A DNA stretch of 37,736 nucleotides from an uncultured Leptospirales bacterium (GCA_964484915.1 CAZAHA010000003.1:1-37736); one strand, 5' to 3'. Shown: positions 1 to 9,187, counted from the first letter of the stretch. The notes: generated by a model from the sequence alone, not told the origin. Numbers and translations: made by a program.

Positions 1-87
1 TTTCTCGACAATCATGTTCAGGAAGGTTTTGTGACGATCGAGGATATAGAGGTGATCCGCTACCGTAAAGTACCGTAGCGGCCTCCG

Positions 88-948
88 CTACAGTATCTGT
101 CTGGCCTGTTTCATCAGTTCGGGTGTTTTCTCATAGTAGTGCTGAAGCTCTCTGTCCGAAAGGCCCGCCGTTTCCACAGCCTTTCCGGAGAGTTCATAGT
201 AGAGGCCGTCTCCGCCGATGACGATACCCGCCATCTGACATATAGTGTTTGCAACATGAACAATGCTTACAGCCTCCATCGCCGATTCGGGAGCTTCGTC
301 TGCGTCATGGTGATACCGTACGATATGCTGCAGGATTTCGGGAAACTCCCACTTGGTAAGAATCCGTTCGCCTATTTCCTGGTGGTTAAAACCCATTATC
401 TCGTGTTCCGCCTGGGAAAACGTTATCTGTTTTTCTATTGTTGTGGTCAGAATCTCCTGAAATGTGCTGGCAACATACAGTGCGAGTACCGTCTTGCCAA
501 CATCATGAATGATGCCGCCGGTAAAAACCACATCCGACAGTGCCCGCTTCTTCTTGTCCAGGGCTATCTTCTTTGCAAGCATTGCGACCGCGAGGTTGTG
601 TTTCCACAGCTCTCCCTTGGCCAGGTCGTATCCGGCGATAGGCTTGTTCAGCACGTCTTTGGTGGCGGCAACAACAACGATATCCTTGACTTCCTTCATT
701 CCAAGGGTCACCAGAGCCTTGTCAACGGAAGTTATTTCCTTGCCCTTGCTGAAATACGCGGAGTTTGCGATTTTCAGAATATTTGTGGTTATCGCCTGGT
801 CCTTTGAAATCTCTTCGGCTACCTTTTTAAAATCGACATCGGGATCATTAACCATGTTAATGATCCGCGTTACCACATCAGGAAGCGAGGGAAGAGCATC
901 GAGGTTGTTGACGATGCTTTCAATTCTTTGTCTTATATGCTCATGCAT
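88..948 (-). CDS. HDOD domain signalling protein
   Basis: 286-aa ORF. 'LPSLPDVVTRIINMVNDPDVDFKKVAEEISKDQAITTNILKIANSAYF' and 'GGIIHDVGK' fit the HDOD/HD-related pattern. Confidence 0.8.
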   Translation of the reverse strand: MHEHIRQRIESIVNNLDALPSLPDVVTRIINMVNDPDVDFKKVAEEISKDQAITTNILKIANSAYFSKGKEITSVDKALVTLGMKEVKDIVVVAATKDVLNKPIAGYDLAKGELWKHNLAVAMLAKKIALDKKKRALSDVVFTGGIIHDVGKTVLALYVASTFQEILTTTIEKQITFSQAEHEIMGFNHQEIGERILTKWEFPEILQHIVRYHHDADEAPESAMEAVSIVHVANTICQMAGIVIGGDGLYYELSGKAVETAGLSDRELQHYYEKTPELMKQARQIL

Positions 949-976
949 GATAAATCTCCGCTGCTTGAGTCAACGT

Positions 977-1459
977 TTACACCTTATAAAAATATTTCTC
1001 TTTGCCGCCGGACTTGATCTTCAGTCTTCCGTCTTCCAGAAAAAAATCTATAACCCGTCCGACGGAACCGCCGGTGTCCTCTTCAAGAATGTTGATCTTC
1101 CTTTCTTCAAGCGCTTTTTTGACGGCTTCGACATTATGGTCGCCGATCTGTCCGAGGGGACTCTGCGATGAAAATTTAAACATGGACGCACCGCCGACAA
1201 TCTTGGCCGACATAAACTCCCGTTTGCATCCCTGACGGAGCAGCATATCGATGAGCATCGGCACGGCTGATTCTGCAAATTTTTCGGGGGTGTGCGGATT
1301 TGTCTGCTTGGGTAGAAGGATATGCGCCAGGCCGCCGGTTTTCTTGTTTCTGTCGTAAATACAGATGCCGACGCAGCTTCCCAGAATCGTACGGAGGATC
1401 GTTGGTTCGGAAGCGATCTTGAGCTGCGCTACGCCGACGTTAATAAGTTGTATGGCCAT
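977..1459 (-). CDS. cheD: Chemoreceptor glutamine deamidase CheD
   Basis: 160-aa ORF of typical CheD length. 'LGSCVGICIYDRNKKTGGLAHILLP' matches the CheD catalytic-Cys region. Confidence 0.85.
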   Translation of the reverse strand: MAIQLINVGVAQLKIASEPTILRTILGSCVGICIYDRNKKTGGLAHILLPKQTNPHTPEKFAESAVPMLIDMLLRQGCKREFMSAKIVGGASMFKFSSQSPLGQIGDHNVEAVKKALEERKINILEEDTGGSVGRVIDFFLEDGRLKIKSGGKEKYFYKV

Positions 1460-1504
1460 AATATCACTCGCGATTTATATGGGAAATGGATACTATCGAC
1501 AGTA

Positions 1505-2752
1505 CTATATTCCGGAATGAGCATTTGTCAAGGTTTTTGCTTCTTGAATCTCGAGGAGAAGAAGGGTAATGTCGTCCTCGATCGTGCAATCGGAGCAGAA
1601 TGAATCGAAGTTGCCTTTTATGTATCCCAATTTGTTTGGTATGTCCTCAAGAATCGTGTTTCGCAGCAGTGAACGCAGGCGATCAAGCGAGAACATGTCT
1701 CCTTCGCTGTTGTGCTGCTCGAGGATGCCGTCGGTGTAGAACAGGATGCGGTCGCCCGGATCCAGCTGGTACTCTGTTGTTTCATATTCCGCATTGTGCA
1801 TAATGCCCAGTCCGATTCCTCTGGTCTCGATATCCAGAAACTCACCCTTACTTTCCTTCCAGAAAAGCGGGTGATGATGTCCGCCTTTTGCAAATCTGAT
1901 CATCTTGCTGCTGGTATCCACATATGCGTAATAGCAGGTTGCATAGAACTTTGACATTATATTTATGTAGTGCCTGTTCAGTCTGTTCATCATCTCTCCG
2001 GGGTTGTTGGCAGATTCAGCCGAGAAGATCGAGAGCGCACTCTTGATGACACCGGTGGCCATCGCCGCGGTTATACCGTGGCCGACGACGTCGGCAATCG
2101 CAACAGCAATATTGTCGCCGTGGGGCACGAGATTAAGAAAGTCGCCGCCGATTTCCTGGCATGGCTGGTAGATATATGAGTGCTGGATCGAGGGTACCGT
2201 CTGGGAATTCAGTGTGACAGAGTCTATAAAACAGCTCTGTATCTTTTTCGCAAGTGAAAGATCGCGGTTTATCTCCTGAAGGGTTTGGGAGGTCTCCTTG
2301 AGAACATGCTGTGAAAAGGTGAAGTTGCTTGTTTGTTTTCTAAAGCGCGAGAACGTCTCTGTAAGGCAATTCTTGTAGAACTTGTTTGAAATGCTCAGGT
2401 TGTTCTGTATCAGCTCGTCAAAATCCTTCTTTCTCAGATGAAGCATCTTGCAGTCTTCAATCGCGATCACGTTTGCCGAGCGCGGCATGTCGTCCAGCAG
2501 GGAGAGTTCGCCGAAATATGAACCCGTTTCAAGTGTTGCTATGTTGACTTCGCTGTTGCCGTTTTCGGTCTTGGTAATTTTTACCCTGCCTTCTACGAGA
2601 ATGTACATGGAGCTTCCTTCGGCCCCTTCCCGTATGATTACGGCCCCTGCTTCAAAATGAAGTGGTCTGGCGAGGGGAATGACCTCTTCCAGTTCCTCTT
2701 CGGTCATGTGCGAGAAAATCGATATTTTCTTTAGTATTTCCTTAACATCCAT
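1505..2752 (-). CDS. Cyclic-nucleotide-binding domain / PP2C (SpoIIE-type) protein phosphatase
   Basis: 415 aa. The N-terminal CAP_ED pattern is 'GAVIIREGAEGSSMYILVEGRVKI...GSYFGELSLLDDMPRSANV'. The C-terminal 'GGDFLNLVPHGDNIAVAIADVVGHGITAAMATG' is the SpoIIE/PP2C signature. Confidence 0.8.
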   Translation of the reverse strand: MDVKEILKKISIFSHMTEEELEEVIPLARPLHFEAGAVIIREGAEGSSMYILVEGRVKITKTENGNSEVNIATLETGSYFGELSLLDDMPRSANVIAIEDCKMLHLRKKDFDELIQNNLSISNKFYKNCLTETFSRFRKQTSNFTFSQHVLKETSQTLQEINRDLSLAKKIQSCFIDSVTLNSQTVPSIQHSYIYQPCQEIGGDFLNLVPHGDNIAVAIADVVGHGITAAMATGVIKSALSIFSAESANNPGEMMNRLNRHYINIMSKFYATCYYAYVDTSSKMIRFAKGGHHHPLFWKESKGEFLDIETRGIGLGIMHNAEYETTEYQLDPGDRILFYTDGILEQHNSEGDMFSLDRLRSLLRNTILEDIPNKLGYIKGNFDSFCSDCTIEDDITLLLLEIQEAKTLTNAHSGI

Positions 2753-2854
2753 GCGAAGTCCAGCCGTGATACAGGTCTATACTCGGATTGTATGAAATAA
2801 AAAACGGTGCTGTAAAGTAATATTTTTGCCCGTCAGTGCCAATCCAATTAATAC

Positions 2855-2886
2855 TTGACGCTGTAAAGAGCGCTGACTGATATACT
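2855..2886 (+). promoter_or_regulatory. Candidate sigma70-type promoter for the PASTA gene
   Basis: TTGACG (2855-2860) and TGATATACT (extended -10, 2878-2886). The 20-nt spacing is longer than optimal. Confidence 0.3.
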
Positions 2887-2917
2887 CAGACACTACATGC
2901 ATAACATACGAGGATTT

Positions 2918-3925
2918 ATGGCTCATTCAGATAAAAGACAGGGCTTTTTTATGCGAAACAGGCGGATTTTTGTGCTCATGTTCGTTTACGTGACACTCTT
3001 TCTGTTTGTTTCGACGTTTATGCTGGTTACCCTGACCCAGCCTGCAGGTACGGTGCGTATGCCTGACGTTACAGGAAAGCTGTTTACGCAGGTCTATAAT
3101 ATGCTGGAACAAAATGAACTCCGTCCAGAACTGACATTCCGTGATGCCGCCGATATCGATTCCGGATTGGTTCTCAGGCAGTATCCGGAACCCGGAAAGA
3201 TCGTGTCTCGTGAAAGTATAGTGAAACTTGTTATCAGCAGAAACGTGCAGAAGGTTGAGGTACCGTCGCTCGTGGGAGAAGAGCTTGTTATTGCCAGGAA
3301 CAAACTTGGTACACTGAACATCGGCGAAAGAAACGTTAGTCTCGACACGGGCGTCATAACGTATATACCGTCTGAAAAGCATTCTGAGAATATCGTCATT
3401 GCGCAGAGCCCCCGTCCGGGAGACCGGGTCAGTCCGGATTCGCGCGTAAACATGCTGGTATCCATGGGTTCCATAAAGCCGGAGATGAAGATGCCAGATG
3501 TTTCCGGACAGCACATTGACCTCGTTTTTGACCTTCTGCTCTCATATGGCGTTAATATAGAAGAAATAATTGAGCCGACGGACACGCTTGCAGAGTCGGG
3601 CCTCATCCTGGAACAGACGCCGGCCGCCGGCAGCGCGTTATCGAAGGGCGATACCGTTTCGCTGAAGGTCGCCTTTTTCGAACGTGATATCACCTATTAC
3701 CGATCCTATGAGAAGGTCAGCCTTGTGGCCCCGGGAGGCAGCGATGACGGTGCCGCGCAGTACGAAGCATGGATTGACGATGATATGCAGCGCCGTATAC
3801 GTTTTTCCAGCGTCCTGGAGCCCGGAGAAAAAATCTCATTTGTTTTTTACCGCACCGGTGCCGCCCATATAGAGATACTCCGCAACAAGAAAAGGGAAAA
3901 AGTGCTTCGTATCGATGCGGATTAG
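2918..3925 (+). CDS. Membrane-anchored PASTA-repeat protein
   Basis: The ORF is open from 2897. I prefer the ATG at 2918, which is preceded by GAGGA (2910-2914); 2897 or 2951 remain possible. An N-terminal TM helix ('IFVLMFVYVTLFLFVSTFMLV') is followed by three repeats starting 'MPDVTG', 'VPSLVG' and 'MPDVSG', typical of PASTA domains. Confidence 0.7.
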   Translation: MAHSDKRQGFFMRNRRIFVLMFVYVTLFLFVSTFMLVTLTQPAGTVRMPDVTGKLFTQVYNMLEQNELRPELTFRDAADIDSGLVLRQYPEPGKIVSRESIVKLVISRNVQKVEVPSLVGEELVIARNKLGTLNIGERNVSLDTGVITYIPSEKHSENIVIAQSPRPGDRVSPDSRVNMLVSMGSIKPEMKMPDVSGQHIDLVFDLLLSYGVNIEEIIEPTDTLAESGLILEQTPAAGSALSKGDTVSLKVAFFERDITYYRSYEKVSLVAPGGSDDGAAQYEAWIDDDMQRRIRFSSVLEPGEKISFVFYRTGAAHIEILRNKKREKVLRIDAD

Positions 3926-3979
3926 GAACGAAGAAGGTACTTGAACGCCGTAAAAATGAACAGGTGTGCCGAAGTGTCC

Positions 3980-4007
3980 TTGACAAATAAAGAGGCGGTT
4001 TGATAAT
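3980..4007 (+). promoter_or_regulatory. Candidate sigma70 promoter of the rpsP operon
   Basis: TTGACA (3980-3985), 16 nt, GATAAT (4002-4007). It lies about 30 nt upstream of the GGAGGA SD (4026-4031) and the GTG start at 4039. Confidence 0.5.
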
Positions 4008-4038
4008 CGTCCTTCAACTATATTCGGAGGAATTATCT

Positions 4039-4302
4039 GTGGTTAAACTACGACTTCAGCGTTTCGGCGCTAAGAAGAAGCCATTTTACCGTGTTGTCGC
4101 TATAGATCACAAGAAGCGCCGTGACGGTGAATGCCTGGAGATACTCGGACATTACCAGCCGGTAATGAACGGCGGCCAGGTCAACCTTGACGAAGATAAA
4201 GTGCTGAACTGGCTGAAGAAAGGCGCACAGCCCAGTCTGACTGTTTTAAACATTTTCAAGAAGCAGGGAATCTGGAGCAAGTTCAAGACGCCGTCCAATT
4301 GA
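4039..4302 (+). CDS. rpsP: 30S ribosomal protein S16
   Basis: 'VKLRLQRFGAKKKPFYRVVA' is the canonical S16 N-terminus. A GTG at 4039 with GGAGGA 8 nt upstream is preferred over the TTG at 4000 in the track. Confidence 0.93.
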   Translation: MVKLRLQRFGAKKKPFYRVVAIDHKKRRDGECLEILGHYQPVMNGGQVNLDEDKVLNWLKKGAQPSLTVLNIFKKQGIWSKFKTPSN

Positions 4303-4315
4303 CCGGGAGCGATTC

Positions 4316-4552
4316 ATGGACTATATAGGACTTGTTGAATACCTGGTTAAGTCGCTGGTTGACCGTCCCGACGGGGTAGAGATCCGTCAGATTGAAGGTG
4401 AAAAATCAACCATACTCGAACTCAGTGTGGCAAAGGAAGATATCGGTAAGGTTATCGGGAAGCACGGACGTATCGCGCGGGCAATCAGGACCGTCCTGAG
4501 TGCGACCGCAACACGGTCCGGAAAACGTATTGTGCTGGAAATACTCGATTGA
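4316..4552 (+). CDS. KH-domain RNA-binding protein (YlqC/UPF0109 family)
   Basis: 78 aa. It has the 'IGKVIGKHGRIARAIRTV' GXXG KH motif and the conserved position between rpsP and rimM. Confidence 0.88.
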   Translation: MDYIGLVEYLVKSLVDRPDGVEIRQIEGEKSTILELSVAKEDIGKVIGKHGRIARAIRTVLSATATRSGKRIVLEILD

Positions 4553-5073
4553 ACGAAGATTATCTCCAGGTTGGAACGGTTACCGGAGTGATCGGCCTGG
4601 ACGGCGGACTCAGGATACACTGCGCAACCGATTTTCCCGAGCGGTTTTCTGAGGGAAGAACCGTGATTCTGGACATACGCGGCTTTAAGAAGGAATTTTC
4701 CGTACGTAATTTTTCACCGCGTGAGAAAAACAAGGCTGTACTCTTTCTTGACGGAATCACCAGCCGGGAGGAGGCGCAGCGGCTGAACGGGTGCGACATT
4801 CTGATTCCGGGTACAGTCGCCCGTGAGTTTGCCGAGCACCTTGCCGACGATGAATACCTGTATTACGATCTACTCGGCTGCACCGTCTATTACGACGGGG
4901 CAACGTTTGGGACCGTGACAGGCCTGTTTGAGGGCGGTGGCGGTACAATTCTTGCGGTATCCGACGGTGTTTCCGAGTATCAGATACCGTTTGTATCCGA
5001 GATGGTCGATACATCGAAGCTTTCTGAACGGATGGTCGTTATATATCCGGTTGAAGGACTGATTGACCGGTGA
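4549..5073 (+). CDS. rimM: 16S rRNA processing protein RimM
   Basis: 174 aa. 'LQVGTVTGVIGLDGGLRI' and the PRC-barrel tail fit RimM, as does the synteny. The TTG start overlaps the KH stop. Confidence 0.88.
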   Translation: MNEDYLQVGTVTGVIGLDGGLRIHCATDFPERFSEGRTVILDIRGFKKEFSVRNFSPREKNKAVLFLDGITSREEAQRLNGCDILIPGTVAREFAEHLADDEYLYYDLLGCTVYYDGATFGTVTGLFEGGGGTILAVSDGVSEYQIPFVSEMVDTSKLSERMVVIYPVEGLIDR

Positions 5074-5768
5074 ATGTCATAAACATACTGACCCTGTTTC
5101 CGGACTTTTTCGTCAGCCCGCTGTCCTGCGGTCTGGTCGGAAAGTTTTTTGAGAAAGGCGTCATTGATTTTAACATAGTGGATATACGGGATTTTTCCGA
5201 CGACAGGTTCCGCCGCTGCGATGATTATCCATACGGCGGCGGGAGCGGAATGGTCATGAAGGTTGAGCCGCTTGTCCGGGCGCTTGAGTCGATAGAAACG
5301 CCGGGTACGGTTATCCTTACAACGCCGTCGGGAAGGCGACTCGAACAGCCGTTTGTAAAGGAAGCGGCTTCCATGGAAGCCGTTACCGTCGTGTGTGGCC
5401 ATTATGAAGGCGTCGATCAGCGTTTTATTGAGTCGTTTGTGGATGTAGAGCTTTCCATCGGGGACTATGTTCTCTCAGGAGGCGAGTTTGCTGCGCTGGT
5501 TTTTGTTGATGCAGTGATTCGCTACTGTCCGGGATTTATGTCAAACCCACAGTCGCTGACCGAGGAGAGCTTTGAAGACGGGCTGCTTGAATATCCCCAC
5601 TATACCCGTCCTGAATCATTCAGGGGAATGACCGTTCCGCCGGTCCTTTTAAGCGGTAACCATGCAGAAATTGCCAGATGGCGGCATGAAAAGCGTGTCG
5701 AAAGGACAGCCGTCGTCCGTCCGGATTTAATACGTAAGACAAAACAAGGAAGAGATCTCAAAGGGTAA
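5070..5768 (+). CDS. trmD: tRNA (guanine37-N1)-methyltransferase
   Basis: '[11 protein letters not shown]' and '[13 protein letters not shown]' are TrmD signatures. There is a GTGA overlap with rimM. Confidence 0.93.
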   Translation: MNVINILTLFPDFFVSPLSCGLVGKFFEKGVIDFNIVDIRDFSDDRFRRCDDYPYGGGSGMVMKVEPLVRALESIETPGTVILTTPSGRRLEQPFVKEAASMEAVTVVCGHYEGVDQRFIESFVDVELSIGDYVLSGGEFAALVFVDAVIRYCPGFMSNPQSLTEESFEDGLLEYPHYTRPESFRGMTVPPVLLSGNHAEIARWRHEKRVERTAVVRPDLIRKTKQGRDLKG

Positions 5769-5779
5769 GGTATAGTATC

Positions 5780-6136
5780 ATGAATCTTGTAGAAAAGCTT
5801 GGAGTTGAGCTTGCTCCTGAAGAGCGGAACGTAAACTGTGAAATAGGCGATACGGTACGCGTCCATTATAAAATTATCGAGGGAAACCGGGAACGTGTTC
5901 AGGTATATGAGGGCACCGTTATCGCAACCAACAACAAGGGAGTCGGTAAGACCATAACGGTCCGCCGGATCTCATTTGATGTCGGCGTGGAGCGTATATT
6001 CCCGATTTATTCGCCGCGAATCGCCAAGATAGAAGTCGTACGGAAGGCAAAGATCAGGCGTTCCAAGCTCTACTATCTGAGAGAGCGACGCGGCAAGTCT
6101 GCGAAACTTCGCGAACGCCGGATAAGTAAAAAGTAA
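5780..6136 (+). CDS. rplS: 50S ribosomal protein L19
   Basis: '[27 protein letters not shown]' is the L19 core. Synteny agrees. Confidence 0.93.
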   Translation: MNLVEKLGVELAPEERNVNCEIGDTVRVHYKIIEGNRERVQVYEGTVIATNNKGVGKTITVRRISFDVGVERIFPIYSPRIAKIEVVRKAKIRRSKLYYLRERRGKSAKLRERRISKK

Positions 6137-6143
6137 GTGACGT

Positions 6144-6800
6144 ATGGACGGCCCGGCCACCTGTCCATCATTTGAAATTGAACGACGCTGCCGGGAAGCC
6201 GGCAGCCGTATCATAGCAGGTGTCGACGAGGCCGGTCGCGGTGCGCTGGCTGGTCCGTTGTGTGTTGCGGCAGTCGTCTTTCCGGAAGATATAATCCTGA
6301 ACCCTCCACCGGAGCTTTCTTCTATACGTGATTCAAAGAAGCTCTCGCCACGGCGCCGTGAGGCCGCACTTGATACCGTTGCTGCATACTCCCTTTCGTA
6401 TACTCATGTTTTTATAAACCCGGCTGCGGTTGATGCACTCAACGTGAACCAGGCGACTCTTCATGCGCTCGAATGCGCCGCTGCCGAACTTTGTGTCATT
6501 CCGGACTGTATTCTCCTCGACGGAAACTTCAGCTTTATAACAGACCTTCCCGTCCGTTCTATTGTGGGCGGCGACACCCTGTCGCTATCGATCGCTGCCG
6601 CCTCTATCGTGGCGAAGGTTAACCGTGACCGGTACATGGTCTCATTTTCCCGCAGGTATCCCCATTTTGGTTTTGAGCACAACATGGGGTACGGCACCGC
6701 GTTTCACCGCGATGCAATCAGAAAGTACGGCCCGTGTCCGGAACACCGCCGGACATATGAACCGGTACGGTCGCTCTATGCAGATACAGAATCATATTAA
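6144..6800 (+). CDS. rnhB: Ribonuclease HII
   Basis: 'IAGVDEAGRGALAGPL' is the catalytic motif. The 218-aa length and the position after rplS fit. Confidence 0.9.
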   Translation: MDGPATCPSFEIERRCREAGSRIIAGVDEAGRGALAGPLCVAAVVFPEDIILNPPPELSSIRDSKKLSPRRREAALDTVAAYSLSYTHVFINPAAVDALNVNQATLHALECAAAELCVIPDCILLDGNFSFITDLPVRSIVGGDTLSLSIAAASIVAKVNRDRYMVSFSRRYPHFGFEHNMGYGTAFHRDAIRKYGPCPEHRRTYEPVRSLYADTESY

Positions 6801-7749
6801 ACTGGACGGCGTGCTTGCCCGAAACAGCACACTCCGTACCCTCAAACAGGGTGACGTAGTGAACGTCAGGATACTCGACCGTCTTGACGACAAGAGCGCC
6901 GTTATTGATCTTGCCGGAAACAGGGTACGTGCGCATTTCAAGGGGGGCGTACCGCTGACCACCTCTGTAAGACTGATGATATCGGGAAACAGTGACGGCA
7001 AGCTTGTTTTTACCGTTGTAAACAGCGAAGTAGCCGGGGAGGCCGCACGCTATTTTTTTCTGTCTGCGTCCGGCGTCGAACGCTATCTGAGTACATTCGG
7101 CGGAGGAATCACCGATGTCTTTCAGTTCCTCAAGCGGTTCGTGTTCCGCAGCAGCAAAGATGATCATCCGTCCGGATATTTCCTCTATCCCAAACTGGCG
7201 CGCAAATTTTCCTCCAAACAGGTATCGCTGCTCTCCTACCTCATCGGAGCCCGCCCCCTGAGAAACGAAATTATCAGCGTTCTCCTTGCGTCACTAACAG
7301 GAACCAGGGAGTTCGACTCAATGAAAGGTGAGTTGAACGGACTCCATGCTCTGCTCGAAGAGTGTACGGCTGAAGAGGCTGAGGAAATGCTTGCGGCGAT
7401 GACGGAAAAACGGTACGGTCAGCTTGTTGTGTATGACGAAAGCGGCAGTACGGTTGTTGAATGTGTTGAAGACGAAGAATTTGTAGCCGTCCGCTTTTCA
7501 CTGTCACGGTCCGGCGAGATACAGATTGTCTCGTGCAACCGCACCGAAACAATTGATGTTGACATTTTCATCGAAAATGATAGTTTCAGACAGGAATTAT
7601 CCGGACGCATGGCTGAACTTGACGGCCGGTTTCGTGACTATGTTAAAGATGTTATTATTCGTCTGCATAATGCGCAAACGGCTGTTACTGTACTGAACCG
7701 TTATGCCGGGCTGCATATTCAGAATGATGAGATAGATTTTAAAGCATGA
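6778..7749 (+). CDS. Hypothetical protein with a FliK-like (hook-length-control C-terminal domain-like) region
   Basis: The ORF is open from 6562, but that N-terminus overlaps rnhB out of frame. The ATG at 6778 (or GTG at 6811) is more plausible. The segment 'FVAVRFSLSRSGEIQIVSCNRTETIDVDIFIENDSFRQELSGRMAELDGRF' resembles the Flg_hook/FliK C-terminal pattern. The function is not established. Confidence 0.55.
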   Translation: MQIQNHIKLDGVLARNSTLRTLKQGDVVNVRILDRLDDKSAVIDLAGNRVRAHFKGGVPLTTSVRLMISGNSDGKLVFTVVNSEVAGEAARYFFLSASGVERYLSTFGGGITDVFQFLKRFVFRSSKDDHPSGYFLYPKLARKFSSKQVSLLSYLIGARPLRNEIISVLLASLTGTREFDSMKGELNGLHALLEECTAEEAEEMLAAMTEKRYGQLVVYDESGSTVVECVEDEEFVAVRFSLSRSGEIQIVSCNRTETIDVDIFIENDSFRQELSGRMAELDGRFRDYVKDVIIRLHNAQTAVTVLNRYAGLHIQNDEIDFKA

Positions 7750-8021
7750 GCAGAACAAAGAAAAAGGCAGTCGCCCTGCGGTATGACAGCGGCAGTGACG
7801 ATGCTCCCGTTATACTCAAGAAGGCACGGGAGTCGCTGGTTGATACAATGAGAAAGATTGCCGAAAAACATAATATAACAGTTTACAGGGACGTTGACCT
7901 GACAGAAGCTCTGTATGCAATACCTGAAGGGTCGCAGATTTCTCCGGATCTGTATAAAGCTGTTGCAGAAGTTATCGCCTACTGCTATACTGTTAATTCT
8001 GATACTGGTGAGAGCGTGTAA
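7746..8021 (+). CDS. FlhB C-terminal-domain-like protein (EscU/YscU/HrcU switch family, YlqH-like)
   Basis: 91 aa. 'KKAVALRYDSGSDDAPVILKKA...ITVYRDVDLTEALY...ISPDLYKAVAEVIAYCY' matches the stand-alone FlhB-C family. It has no TM region and an ATGA overlap with the upstream gene. Confidence 0.8.
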   Translation: MSRTKKKAVALRYDSGSDDAPVILKKARESLVDTMRKIAEKHNITVYRDVDLTEALYAIPEGSQISPDLYKAVAEVIAYCYTVNSDTGESV

Positions 8022-9163
8022 TGAAGAGGATTCTTGTAGAAGAACTCAAACCCGGAATGCGGTTTACCAAGCCTGTTTATATTGACGGAAACAATATTCT
8101 GGTTGGGTCAAACGTGCCTGTTCAGGAATCCGATATCAAACGGCTGATGAAGTGGGGCATCGGTGAAATCCAGACAGACGGAGAGCTCATATCCTCTACC
8201 GAACGGCCGCAGACTCCGGAGAATGACGAGCAGTTTAACAGGATACTCGAGACGTACAATACGCTGATATCACTCAAGGACCCCTTTATTGAGGTACATT
8301 CGCGTACAGTCAGTGAGGTAACCAAGATCCATACTGCAATACGCAACAACAGGTACTTTAACATTAATGACCTTAGCAAGTGCGCCGAGGACTTCTATCA
8401 TCTGATGCGTACAAACAGAAACGTCTTCCTTTTTATTCCCCGCAACGAGACCGATAAGGATGAAATGGCGGTTCACAGCGTGAACGCCTCGCTTTATGCA
8501 ATGGTCATTGGTATGGCGCTCAAGTACAACCGTGCCAGAGTCAAGGACCTGGCAATCGGCGTCTTCCTTATTAACGCCGGTATGGCGCAGGTTCCAATAT
8601 ACATTCTCAACAAGGAAGGCAACCTGAACGAGCGTGAACTGACCCAGATAAGAACACATCCGATGATGGGGTACCAGGCCCTCAAGAATCTTGGCAATGT
8701 TTCGGAGGAGATAGCGGTAATTTCGCTGCAGCATCATGAGCAGTTCAACGGCGGAGGATATCCGAAGAAGCTGAAGGGTATAGAGATTTCCGAGTTTGCG
8801 CGGATTACATCTGTTGCCGATAACTACGAGGCGATGCTCGAGAAGAAGACGTACCGTCCCCGCTATTATTACTATACAGCAATGAAGCAGCTCGTTGCGA
8901 CCGGAGCCAGAAAGTTTGATCCCATAATTCTCCGTGTCTTCATATCGGTACTTTCAGTTTATCCCATAGGCTCACTCGTCCAGCTGAACGACAAGCGTAT
9001 AGGTGTCGTAATCGGTACGATCAAGGACAACCCCATGCGTCCGGTTGTCAAACTGCTTCGGACGAGAACAACAAACGTGTCCGCGGCGTTCAGTTCGTCA
9101 ACCTTGTTGAGGAACATGATTACTACATTACACAAACCATTGATGAAAACGCAGCCGGAATAA
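8021..9163 (+). CDS. HD-GYP domain phosphodiesterase (probable c-di-GMP PDE); the 3' end is probably frameshifted
   Basis: 'HPMMGY' and 'LQHHEQFNGGGYPKKLKG' form the HD-GYP signature. After about nt 9060 the called frame becomes S/T-rich and atypical, while another frame stays open to TGA at 9181-9183 (see findings). Confidence 0.8.
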   Translation: MKRILVEELKPGMRFTKPVYIDGNNILVGSNVPVQESDIKRLMKWGIGEIQTDGELISSTERPQTPENDEQFNRILETYNTLISLKDPFIEVHSRTVSEVTKIHTAIRNNRYFNINDLSKCAEDFYHLMRTNRNVFLFIPRNETDKDEMAVHSVNASLYAMVIGMALKYNRARVKDLAIGVFLINAGMAQVPIYILNKEGNLNERELTQIRTHPMMGYQALKNLGNVSEEIAVISLQHHEQFNGGGYPKKLKGIEISEFARITSVADNYEAMLEKKTYRPRYYYYTAMKQLVATGARKFDPIILRVFISVLSVYPIGSLVQLNDKRIGVVIGTIKDNPMRPVVKLLRTRTTNVSAAFSSSTLLRNMITTLHKPLMKTQPE

Positions 9164-9187
9164 ACATATCGGAAATATTCTGAGTAT

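Noticed and set aside
1-87. A possible 3' end of a plus-strand gene (frame 1 open to TAG at 76-78, '...FVTIEDIEVIRYRKVP*'), or a minus-strand ATG at 15. A three-arm inverted repeat is also present: CCGCTAC 57-63, GTAGCGG 75-81 and CCGCTAC 85-91.
   Set aside because: Only 25 codons are visible, so an open frame is not statistically meaningful. The hairpins have no adjacent U-tract on either strand. This is too little sequence to call a CDS or a terminator.
4000-4038. A TTG-initiated 13-codon extension of rpsP.
   Set aside because: S16 proteins begin at 'MVKLRLQR'. A GTG at 4039 sits 8 nt after a GGAGGA SD, and the extension would cover that SD.
6562-6777. The N-terminal 72 codons of the 395-aa track ORF, overlapping rnhB.
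   Set aside because: This part overlaps the well-supported RNase HII gene in another frame and reads as unprotein-like sequence. An internal ATG at 6778 gives a normal operon junction.
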